Positions 54,015 to 64,000 of a stretch of DNA of 64,000 bases are shown in pieces (position 1 is the first letter of the stretch; each line of letters starts with the position of its first letter). Source of the DNA: Tubiluchus corallicola (lineage: Eukaryota; Animalia; Priapulida); assembly GCA_030141605.1 (NCBI GenBank), contig JAQGDQ010000934.1, positions 15,313-79,312 of the forward strand, read 5' to 3'. The position numbers were made by a program, and so were the translations under genes. The notes under the pieces are model-generated. The model did not search any database, was not told the DNA's origin, and worked only from the letters and a program-made list of their open reading frames with translations.

Positions 54015-54524
54015 TTACAACAACCTTTATCAACAAGAACTTTCTTCTGATCACGTATATAAAATTACAGTGAATCAGTGTAACCAAGTATGAGTAACCG
54101 AGTCTGAGTAATTTCTGAGTAAACATTTAACTCAAAAGATAAACGCAATCGCACATCAATGATTCAGTTTATTCCAATTACTCCACGTACACAAATTGAG
54201 AAAGATTACATTTTATGACACCTACAGCGCAAAATAATCTACTCCAATCCAGAAATAAAACAGAGATTTTCCGTCACAAATTTCAACAAATGCAATCGAG
54301 ACGTCTCAGTTTCTGGGAAAACGTTATAAAAGCCGCGAGGTTATTTAATAACCCTCGGGGATTTAGCGAGATTGTCAGGTGAAATCAGTAAATGCAATTA
54401 CACACAGGGGAAGATTGTCACGTTGGTTTAGCTGTGAAATCGAGTAAATGTTCCCCGACTGTTGAAAACGTTGAACGAGACTGTATATTCGGCAGAAAGT
54501 GTTAGTGTACATGGATAGGTGCTT

Positions 54525-54836
54525 GGTTGGCATCCTTCTGTCTCGGAAGACAATGGAGTGTGCGCCAAGAGAGTCAGCTATTGAATTGTGGGAACTGCAG
54601 CGTCGACTGGCTGAGCAATCCGATCCTTGTACGTCTCCAGGGCGCACGCCTGGGCAAGGTGTATGGAGATCCTGAGTTCCCCAGATAACAGGAACCCCCT
54701 CTCTTCCTCCTTGGTGTAGTCCAAAGGAAAGCGGAGCGATACGTTTGGCACCAGGTTGGCTGCAGGAGCTACCGGAGTCAGTGAGCATGCTGCACTGGTC
54801 CGCCTTCGGGGATCCACTCCTGATTTGGAAGGTTTA
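54525..54836 (-). mobile_element. 5'-truncated copy of the 5S/RTE SINE body
   Basis: Reverse complement of about 15452-15767; ends in the GAHSIVFRDRRMPT-encoding RTE tail. Confidence 0.85.
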
Positions 54837-55970
54837 CACCACAAGCAATTTCAGTACTCTGTCGTCTTCTGCTTAATACACCACAAGCAGTTTCAGTACT
54901 CTGTCGTCTCCTGCTTAATACACCACAAGCAGTTTCAGTATTCTGTCGTCTTCTGCTTAATACACCACAAGCAGTTTCAGTACTCTGTCAATTCCTGATT
55001 AACACACCACAAGCAGTTTCAGTACTCTGTCGTCTTCTGCTTAATACACCACAAGCAGTTTCAGTACTCTGTCAATTCCTGATTAACACACCACAAGCAG
55101 TTTCAGTACTCTGTCGTCTTCTGCTTAATACACCACAAGCAGTTTCAGTATTCTGTCGTCTTCTGCTTAATACACCACAAGCAGTTTCAGTACTCTGTCA
55201 ATTCCTTGTTAACACACCACAAGCAGTTTCAGTACTCTGTCGTCTTCTGCTTAGTACACCACAAGCAGTTTCAGTACTCTGTCAATTTCTGGTTAACACA
55301 CCACAAGCAGTTTCAGTACTCTGTCAATTTCTGGTTAACACACCACAAGCAGTTTCAGTACTCTGTCAATTCCTGGTTAACACACCACAAGCAGTTTCAG
55401 TACTCTGTCGTCTTCTGCTTAATACACCACAAGCAGTTTCAGTACTCTGTCAATTCCTGGTTAACACACTACAAGCAGTTTCAGTACTCTGTCGTCTTCT
55501 GCTTAGTACACCACAAGCAGTTTCAGTACTCTGTCAATTTCTGGTTAACACACCACAAGCAGTTTCAGTATTCTGTCGTCTTCTGCTTAATACACCACAA
55601 GCAGTTTCAGTACTCTGTCAATTCCTGGTTAACACACTACAAGCAGTTTCAGTACTCTGTCGTCTTCTGCTTAGTACACCACAAGCAGTTTCAGTACTCT
55701 GTCAATTCCTGGTTAATACACCACAAGCAGTTTCAGTACTCTGTCAATTCCTGGTTAACACACCACAAGCAGTTTCAGTACTCTGTCAATTCCTGGTTAA
55801 CACACCACAAGCGGTTCCAGTACTCTGTCAATTCCTGGTTAACACACCACAAGCAGTTTCAGTACTTTGTCGTCTTCTGCTTAATACACCACAAGCAGTT
55901 TCAGTACTTTAACAATTCCTGGTTAACACACCACAAGCAGTTTCAGTAGTCTGTCAATTCCTGGTTAACA
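54836..55970. repeat. Minisatellite, 42-bp unit, about 27 copies, two interspersed variants
   Basis: acaccacaagcagtttcagtactctgtc + (gtcttctgcttaat or aattcctggttaac). Confidence 0.97.
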
Positions 55971-56189
55971 GGTCACAAAGCTTATATACATGTATATAAA
56001 TTATAATGCATGTACAGGCCATACATTGTAATAAGGAAATGAAAAAACTTTATAACATAATGGTAAATTTTTTTTACATATTGAATTGTGAAAACTAGGA
56101 TTAATATAGCAAATTTTTTACATACAGTCAACAATTAACCTAAAGGTTGGCTAATTAACTGAAGAAGAAAGGCATTGAAAAATTATGAG

Positions 56190-56257
56190 GCAACCAAGAC
56201 TCGAACCTAGAACCTTGTGATGACAAATTGCATGCTCTGTCCACATAGCATAGCAGG
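56190..56257 (-). other. Degenerate tRNA-like sequence (tRNA-derived SINE head or pseudogene)
   Basis: Minus strand ...tggacagagc...ttgtcat...ggttcgagtct, with a B box and a GTC anticodon-like loop; stems are poor. Confidence 0.35.
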
Positions 56258-56471
56258 TCTGAATTCTCATGCTAGTAGTACGCAAACAATCAGAGCCATC
56301 TATCGCTAAGTTAAGGTTAGCCAATTTAACAGTTTCACCCTACATATGACTCCCTCTATGAGATAGACAGCCAAAATCAGTCTTACAAACGAAACCACCC
56401 AGAATAAACCAGACGGTCACGAACAATTTACACAAGTTTGAATGGATCAATCCAATAAAATGATTTATACC

Positions 56472-57093
56472 CAGGCTGCATAAGATTATGGATATCCATA
56501 AAATAAGACCAAAAATCCATAAAATAAAATTTGAAAAATCCGTAAAATAAGAAATGCATAAAATAAAAAAATATTTTTTTTGTGATTTTTTGTACAAAGT
56601 AACGAGTTGTAAGCATTGGCAACACTGAAAACGAACGTTAGAAGGAGAGAAAGAGAAAGAAAACAAACCAACAAAAGCGCATTTCCGTTGAAACAAAAGT
56701 TTCAACCAAAGCATGAGCTGGAGTTCGGTCTGAAAATAACTGAGAGAGACCCAGCCACCAGGATCGGAAACTTCAGCCTAGAGGGCATTCTACATTCGTA
56801 CCAAATAGATGAATTATTTGAACTGAAGTGATGAATTACAAGGCATTGTCTAGTAAAATTTGATTAAATTTGAAGTGATATGAAACCGATAAAATTAAAA
56901 CTAAGTTCTGCGTGTTTAAAAACACGTTTCAAGCACCCCTGTTTTTACTTTTTAATTGATTTCCCCCATGGGCATCTCGTTCCAGACATAGTCTATTTCT
57001 TATTTTATTGATCTCCATAAAATAAAATTTCAAAAATCCATAAAATAAGCTATTTTATTTATTTTATACATATCCATAATCTTATGCGCCCTA
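56472..57093. mobile_element. hAT-like non-autonomous element
   Basis: TIR-like gcataagattatggatat / atatccataatcttatgc, subterminal tccataaaataa repeats, and ttatacc direct repeats on both sides. Confidence 0.6.
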
Positions 57094-58342
57094 TTATACC
57101 TCACACGGTGTACAAACTAAAAAAAAACGAGAACACAACATTGCTTGGGATTAATTAAGGCAATATATGATAATTTGCAAGAAACCATGCTGAACGAGAT
57201 TCATATAATCATAAAATGCAGATTGAATAGCATGTAATTTCGTGTTTAATTTGAGCAGCGTTAAATTAGTAAGAAAAATTGAAAAGATTAGCATTTCCAA
57301 AGACGCGCTTTCCTCACACGCTTCAAATAAAATGCTACAAACAGGAAAACAAATGTAAATTGTGTTAATTTATGAGCAATAAAACTTGTGTGAACAAGAA
57401 ATACAAGTGTGTAGAAGATTTCCAACAAGCAAGTTGTAATTCTCAGTCTGGAATTTTCTCTTTTTCTCTATCTTTGTCTATAATTCTATCTTAACTATCT
57501 ATCTATCTTTTATATCATCTCATATATGAGCTTCATTCATTACATCATTCCATTCTGAAGCACTAATGTTTTCTTTATCATACGATTCACTTCAAATTTT
57601 TAGATAATTTCCATTACTTTTTTTTCTTTCACAGTTTGGGACAATCTAACTAGCCCTGCTTTTTTATTAGCCGCAACACATTTACATTTGTATATATAGC
57701 AAACCTAAACTATGGTATATCTAAACTAGTTATGCACTCAAAGTAAACTGTATACGAATTTACTAATCAACATACAACAGCGATAATTCTCTTGTTTATC
57801 TTTCAACCCCACAGTGTTTTGAGAGTCAAGTTAGTATATTTGTAATGATGCTGTACATAACGTTGTTTAGACACCAGTATTAAAGGAAGTAGCGATATCT
57901 CTATCTTTGTTTACCATAAGTTGACCTACGTCTAAAGACAGTTTAAATCATTTTTTCCAAAATTTGCTTCCTATTATGTATCTTACTGTTTGTTATTCAC
58001 TGAATTATTGATAACTTTTTGTTTCTTTTAATGTATTAATTGCGTATTTGTGTTAATGTGAAATAAATAAACAAAAAACAGCAATTTAGACACCGAGTCT
58101 ATAGTAATGAAATTAAGAACATGATTTGCAGCTTATTCTGTCTGCTTATTGCAAATTATGTAATCAAATCACAATTTCCAGTAAGTTTTTTACACAAATA
58201 TTGACAAGTATTCTATGTTTTGCAACAAATGTACTACAAACTATCTAAATACGATACGTTATCAGAAATAAAAATGCACTTTTTTCTGTTTTAGGTTTGA
58301 CAAAGATGAAACGGTTACGGCAAACTTGCTAAAAGCCGCCAG

Positions 58343-59578
58343 ATGGTGATTATTATTATGAACGCGCTTGAACTAAACATCACAACAATGGAAACGGCAA
58401 TCAGCGTGGTGGAAAACTGCGTACCCGTTCCGTGCCATCTCGAGTCGGCACTGGCCGGACCGTACGTGCAAAAACCGGGATACACATTTGGTGAGCACGG
58501 TCAGGCTAAACTGACCAACGAGAACTATTATGAGCATTACGATGCGTTTGTGGGTGTGAACATAGCAGTGACGCTGGGCAGTTGTTTGTTATTCTTTATA
58601 TGTTATATAATTTACAAATCTACGAGGCATTTGTTCCACCCAAGCATGTACCAACCAGTGCACAATGTGAGAAAAACGGTGATACCAGAATGTGTCGTAG
58701 AATTGCCTCCAGAAGAGGAAACAATTAAGATTCCCATATGTAGAACTATCTCCAATCAAACAGAACCCCAATATCCACCCAGACGGTATGACACGCTGCT
58801 GCCGTATCAGGAAGTGTTCCACAAGAAGCCGTCGCTACGGAAACACGGATCGCCGCGACGGTGCGCAAGCCACCGCAGCGTGCAGCTGAGCACGGATGTT
58901 GAAGTTTATCCAATAGAAGACACGTCGTGGCACCGGCCGCCATTACGTTGCCAGCACAGTTTAGCGGAAATAGAGACGTTGTTACATCCGCATGAACAAA
59001 TCCGTCGACAATCCAGGTCCTTTGACGTCTGTCCAATACACGGAGATGCAGCTATTCAGCACCATTACCATCATCAATATCGTTATCAGAACTCCTTAGA
59101 TCCAACTCAGCCTGTCTTTCGGTTCGATCACCTACCACCACCCAACCTCGAAAGTCACAATCCGCCACCCCACTTCTACCTGGATGACTTTCAGCAAGCG
59201 GAAGACGTTAGCGAAAATGCGCGGATGTTGCCGCCGGAATCTCCGCGTCCGCAATACCTGCGCATCCACAGCGACGTCAACAATTGGCTAAGGAACAGCG
59301 AGAACAACCACAGGGGATCGTACGTCCACGCGCGTGCGTTCTCCACGCCCAACGCGCATTGTGATGTTAATAAAACTCAGGAAGGCAACAGGCTGAAAGT
59401 GTTCACGTGGCCGAAAAAAGGTCCAGAGTTGGGTTCCAGTTGTGCAATCAGTCCCAGTCCTTCTTGCATGCTAGACAGTATTAATTCAGAAGGGTCTGAT
59501 TCAGTGTTTTGTACTGATGGTGGAGGAGCAACCGAAAGTAAAGCTGCTAAACTTGGACTCAACGAAACAAAGCTATAG
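58343..59578 (+). CDS. Uncharacterised 411-aa single-pass membrane protein (no signal peptide, one TM near aa 69-91, long disordered cytoplasmic tail, C-terminal ETKL PDZ-type motif)
   Basis: The only long non-repetitive ORF, with higher GC than its flanks. It is preceded by a pyrimidine tract plus TTAG acceptor (exon starts 58295) with an in-frame stop just upstream of the ATG. AATAAA lies at 59627-59632. Hydrophobic segment FVGVNIAVTLGSCLLFFICYIIY is followed by KSTR. Confidence 0.88.
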   Translation: MVIIIMNALELNITTMETAISVVENCVPVPCHLESALAGPYVQKPGYTFGEHGQAKLTNENYYEHYDAFVGVNIAVTLGSCLLFFICYIIYKSTRHLFHPSMYQPVHNVRKTVIPECVVELPPEEETIKIPICRTISNQTEPQYPPRRYDTLLPYQEVFHKKPSLRKHGSPRRCASHRSVQLSTDVEVYPIEDTSWHRPPLRCQHSLAEIETLLHPHEQIRRQSRSFDVCPIHGDAAIQHHYHHQYRYQNSLDPTQPVFRFDHLPPPNLESHNPPPHFYLDDFQQAEDVSENARMLPPESPRPQYLRIHSDVNNWLRNSENNHRGSYVHARAFSTPNAHCDVNKTQEGNRLKVFTWPKKGPELGSSCAISPSPSCMLDSINSEGSDSVFCTDGGGATESKAAKLGLNETKL

Positions 59579-59855
59579 CATCAGCCAATCACAGAGCTAT
59601 TTTTATTTATACTTTTCTAGTTTATAAATAAAATGCACAGTTCAGGAACGAGTAAACAAGAATTGTGAATTTCATATGGTAAATATGGACATACATAAAA
59701 CAGAAATTACTAATCCAGACCACTGATCCTGGTGGATAATCCATATTATGCGGATTCAGTCTGGGTAGCGCCGGCAATCCACTGGCACAGTAGTGTCTAT
59801 TTTTCTTTCTTTATAATTCTGTCTACCCAATGTCTACAACAAACATAATGGGCAT

Positions 59856-59961
59856 ATGATGATGGTGATGGTGATGATGATGACGATGATGATGATGGTG
59901 ATGGTGGTAATGATGATGATGATGATGGTGATGGTGATAATGATGATGATGGTGATGATGT

Positions 59962-59993
<32 letters not shown>

Positions 59994-60178
59994 ATGATGA
60001 TGATGATGGTGATGGTGATGGTGATGATAATGATGACGATGATGATGACGATGGTGATGATGATGATAATGGTGATGATGATGATGATGGTGATGATGGT
60101 GATGATGATGGTGATGATGATGATGGTGGTGATGATGGTGGTGGTGATGATGATGATGGTGAAGATGATGATGATGAT
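59856..60178. repeat. (GAT/GGT)n microsatellite
   Basis: Direct inspection. Confidence 0.95.
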
Positions 60179-60884
60179 ATGGATTTACTCCACATATTTT
60201 GCAATGCAGCTCTAAATTGGACATTTATACCTACAACAACATCTATGCAGCAACTCAACTAAAAAAACCCAAAGCTTCGTTCACACACTTACAAACAACA
60301 TGTCGTGTTCAGACTGAAAGGCGAAGCATTTTTAAGATGTCTGCACTTACAGTAATGTTCAAAACATTTACTCTATTTATTGGTATAACCCCCTAGTAGG
60401 CTGATTGGATGGAATGAACCAGTAATTAATACAATTAACAATCAAAAGTTAACCAGAAAAGTATTGTAAAAACTGAGAACTAAACCTGGATTTGAACTTA
60501 TGACCTGCAGGTGACAAGCAATGCAATCTACAAGTTCCTAGCACAAGTTTACTCATAATCCAAAGTCTCTAGTTCAATCCTGGCTCAGTAAATAATTTAC
60601 TAGGTTGTTTTGTGTACAATCCAACAAAAACATGTTTTACAAGAAATTGAAAACGAAAAAAAATATGTCACTAAAATGACCTAGCAATTTTTAAAACAGT
60701 AGGTCTAGGTTTTTGATAAACTAGACACACAAAAAGATTTTTGTTACAGGTGCTGCAATGCTTCCATGAATTGGGCACCAGCATTATAGCAATGACAGCA
60801 ATATGATTCAAAAATTGGGCATTACTCAGTGTGAATAAAGATTTTCCACTTTGCAACTTTTGTTGTATAGCTGCATCTATATGC

Positions 60885-62072
60885 TTCCGAAATTGAATTA
60901 TAAGTCTTGTGTTTAGGAAATTTACTAGATCTGAACATTTCCGAAATTGAATTATAAGTCTTGTGTTTAGGAAATTTACTAGATCTGAACATTTCCGAAA
61001 TCGAATTATAAGTCTTGTGTTTAGGAAATTTACTAGATCTGAACATTTCCGAAATTGAATTATAAGTCTTGTGTTTAGGAAATTTACTAGATCTGAACAT
61101 TTCCGAAATCGAATTATAAGTCTTGTGTTTAGGAAATTTACTAGATCTGAACATTTCCGAAATCGAATCATAAGTCTCGTGTTTAGGAAATTTACTAGAT
61201 CTGAACATTTCCGAAATTGAATTATAAGTCTCGTGTTTAGGAAATTTACTAGATCTGAACATTTCCGAAATTGAATTATAAGTCTTGTGTTTAGGAAATT
61301 TACTAGATCTGAACATTTCCGAAATTGAATTATAAGTCTTGTGTTTAGGAAATTTACTAGATCTGAACATTTCCGAAATTGAATTATAAGTCTTGTGTTT
61401 AGGAAATTTACTAGATCTGAACATTTCCGAAATCGAATTATAAGTCTTGTGTTTAGGAAATTTACTAGATCTGAACATTTCCGAAATCGAATTATAAGTC
61501 TTGTGTTTAGGAAATTTACTAGATCTGAACATTTCCGAAATCGAATTATAAGTCTTGTGTTTAGGAAATTTACTAGATCTGAACATTTCCGAAATTGAAT
61601 TATAAGTCTTGTGTTTAGGAAATTTACTAGATCTGAACATTTCCGAAATTGAATTATAAGTCTTGTGTTTAGGAAATTTACTAGATCTGAACATTTCCGA
61701 AATTGAATTATAAGTCTTGTGTTTAGGAAATTTACTAGATCTGAACATTTCCGAAATTGAATTATAAGTCTTGTGTTTAGGAAATTTACTAGATCTGAAC
61801 ATTTCCGAAATCGAATTATAAGTCTTGTGTTTAGGAAATTTACTAGATCTGAACATTTCCGAAATCGAATTATAAGTCTTGTGTTTAGGAAATTTACTAG
61901 ATCTGAACATTTCCGAAATTGAATTATAAGTCTTGTGTTTAGGAAATTTACTAGATCTGAACATTTCCGAAATCGAATTATAAGTCTTGTGTTTAGGAAA
62001 TTTGCTAGATCTGAACATTTCCGAAATTCGATTATAAGTCTTGTGTTTAGGAAATTTACTAGATCTGAACAT
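60885..62072. repeat. Minisatellite, 54-bp unit, about 22 copies
   Basis: ttccgaaattgaattataagtcttgtgtttaggaaatttactagatctgaacat. Confidence 0.97.
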
Positions 62073-62631
62073 GGATCGCCATTTGTGGCGCGAGAGCAAA
62101 TTGAGGATTTCAAAGAATCTAAATGTGGATGAAGCGGTTTGTGGATTGAAATTTTGAAAACAACTCGGATTCTAGTGATTGCAGACTGAACACTTTCAAT
62201 AATTTGAGATGTGGATCAGAACCGGTTGTAACTTTTATAGTTATCACAGTGAACCAAAATGGCAGAGATTTCATGTACACATGCCATTTGTTGAATTAAT
62301 TTTAGTTGTTAAATCCAATACCAAGACTGAAATCACACTGCCAGTGGAACTTATTTCTCTAACAGACACAAATATCTTGCATAACTGAATGACTACAAGA
62401 AGCTCTCATTATGGCGAGACCTGTTTACAACAGATTCGGGACATAAGGGACTATTTTTGCTCTCTAGTTCATTCTGGTTATAAAGCATAACTCCATCATA
62501 ATGATGGCATGTGTCTGGGCAAGGTCGGCAGACAATGAGGCTGTATATTATACTATACATTATTATTCATTCTCCTTTCTAGTCTCTATTACAATATTGG
62601 TATTTTTCTATCGTGTTCAATATATCTTGAA

Positions 62632-63126
62632 CAACCTAGCCACTGGGGGGGGGCAAGCCAGCCCAACTCAGTGCCGGTCCCAAGCCCGGATAAATAGGGA
62701 GGGTTAGGGTCAGGAAGGGCATCCGCCTGTAAAAACTGCGCCAAAACCTTCTATGAATGAGTCGGTGAGACTTAAAGGGAAAGTCCACAAAGAAGTGGTC
62801 AGACCCGCTCTAATCTATGGGCTGGAAGCAGCTTCTCTAAAGAAGAACGAAGAGAAGAAAATGGGTGTGGTGGAGATGAGGATGTTGAGATGGATGGTGG
62901 GAATAACAAGAAGAGATGAAATTAGAAATAATAATATCAGAGGAACAGTAAAAGTAGTGGAAGCCTCGCAAGATTGCGATGGTACGGACACCTGAAAAGA
63001 AGAGTCGGTGAAGATCTTGTGGGAAGGGAAGACATAAATGAAGAGATGGTCAACAACAGGAATGCGTGGAGAAGACTCGTTCACAACGGCGACCCCGCAT
63101 AGGGAGAAGCTGGGAAGAAGAAAGAA
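62632..63126 (+). mobile_element. Non-autonomous bipartite RTE (Expander/Rex3-like) element: 5' UTR fused to ORF 3' end
   Basis: RTE-type 5' UTR motif gtgccggtcccaagcccggataaatagggagggtt..gtcaggaagggcatcc is joined to the peptide KGKVHKEVVRPALIYGLEA...EMRMLRWMVGITRRDEIRN, with a (gaa)n tail. 17-bp TSD with 2 mismatches at 62615-62631 / 63127-63143. Confidence 0.85.
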
Positions 63127-64000
63127 GTTTAATGTATCTTGAATGGGTTTACTCACTTTACTGGCTATTTTTTCCGATAATCTTGATGTATAAATGTCGC
63201 CCAGTTTTTATCATGGACTACCGGTCACTACCGACATTATAGCCGGGTTAACTGTAGGCGATCTGTTTGGAGCCAAAAGAATTGGCCAAGTGCAAAATCC
63301 CCATCTGTAATTCAGGTTTTCCAAGACCGAACAATTTTACATCAGAAATTGTTTACAAAAAAGTGAGAAAGCTGTAAGTTAATGTTATTGTCGCAGGCTT
63401 CACAAAGCCATGAAGCCAGACCAACGTATGAAAACAGCTGCGCGGAAAAACGTAAAAACACTTACGTTCCAAAATGTTTTGTTTTGTGCCGGCAGGATAA
63501 AATTTTAGTTTGTGCAATATCTAAACGTTACCATGGCAACTGCTTGGTTGCACCTGTCAGGTAATCAGATTGTTTGTGTGTCAGAGAAAAATGAAGCCTC
63601 GGGTAACAAGGTGACATTTCACATTTGCTGAATCGTATTATCCTAATACATCCATTTACTCTAAAACATTACGGGACACGTTATTATATTACCAGATATT
63701 TACGGGAAGCCATTCATTCGAAGCCAGGTTTTTACTTTTTCTTCGTGAAATATTTGTTGATACAAATGAATGTTGGCAACATTTTCATTATCTGGAAATG
63801 CATTCGTATTTTTGTTTTCGTATTTCTGCACGTTTATGTATTTTTTAATATAGTTATGTCTGCTGTCATTAGCGTCTTTTTGTTTACTGTCTTTTGAGAA
63901 GGGTGGTTGACTCGATAACCTTTGGTTTTTCACCACCCTTTCTCCCATGTTCGTTTGTATTTTTGTGTATTTTATTGTTAAATTATCGTAAATTTATGGA

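Larger units (their letters stand above)
895..62118 (-). pseudogene. Highly decayed dynein heavy chain family (DNHD1-like) motor-domain pseudogene, fragmented by arrays and TEs; probably extends beyond the right edge
   Basis: Collinear minus-strand peptides: DLVNFLNTRLIIQFRKHIDAAIQQ (62.1-60.8 kb, linker end); LLCQWIAGATQTESA (59749-59793, AAA1); FIVEGGSIEV and LVNRIVAI (53.2-53.05 kb, AAA1); LYSYEIQNGKANLTFLGHLSLRNIF (52.5 kb, AAA1 lid); SAVQEEMIRMGLRQ (51.1 kb); IWCDNGISRVYIEQTFNLL (44.36 kb, AAA2 Walker B region); ILLETGNPVLL (37179-37211, before AAA3 Walker A); SYLSQLQTVFIYFCI (21.8 kb) and GWMDDRW..LFCHLSSFLK (21.3-20.5 kb, after AAA5); GFHYTFNMR (10.85 kb, AAA6 lid); LVIIPEVNLYNR (5.2 kb), ESLAIGNDFPKSWAPAVYLSKS (4.4 kb) and KVCHVPFNT (0.97 kb; all C-terminal domain). 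There are many in-frame stops and frameshifts. Each match is weak and recalled from memory; the correct order is the main support. Confidence 0.65.

Noticed and set aside
55206-55949. 247-aa repeat ORF
   Set aside because: It lies wholly in the 42-bp array, and neighbouring units carry in-frame stops.
59797-60258. Poly-His, poly-Ser and poly-Met ORFs
   Set aside because: Translation of a (GAT)n microsatellite.
895-62118. Arrays as precisely spliced introns or programmed-eliminated sequences that would leave the dynein gene functional
   Set aside because: Stops and frameshifts remain after collapsing the arrays (for example at the AAA3 Walker A position near 37170), and units mostly lack AG|GT proto-splice sites on the minus strand.

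Overview
AT-rich, repeat-dense animal (invertebrate-like) nuclear DNA. About a third or more of the window is mini- and microsatellite arrays, and most long ORFs in the track are artefacts of those arrays. One clearly intact CDS is present (58343-59578, +): a 411-aa single-pass membrane protein with a splice acceptor upstream, a short 3' UTR and a C-terminal PDZ-type motif. Much of the remaining unique sequence, read on the minus strand from about 62.1 kb down to 0.9 kb, gives short, stop-riddled peptides. By eye these resemble successive parts of a dynein heavy chain motor (linker, AAA1-AAA6, C-terminal domain; DNHD1-like) in the correct order, suggesting a fossil gene with the intact gene nested antisense inside it. 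Many minisatellites sit inside these fossil exons, and collapsing an array to one unit rejoins the reading frame. The window also carries a 5S rRNA-headed SINE with an RTE-derived body, a second bipartite RTE non-autonomous element, solo-LTR-like elements with AGT..ACT ends, several TTAA-specific MITE families, and a 1.7-kb-arm inverted duplication. All homology calls are by eye and from memory; no searches were run.
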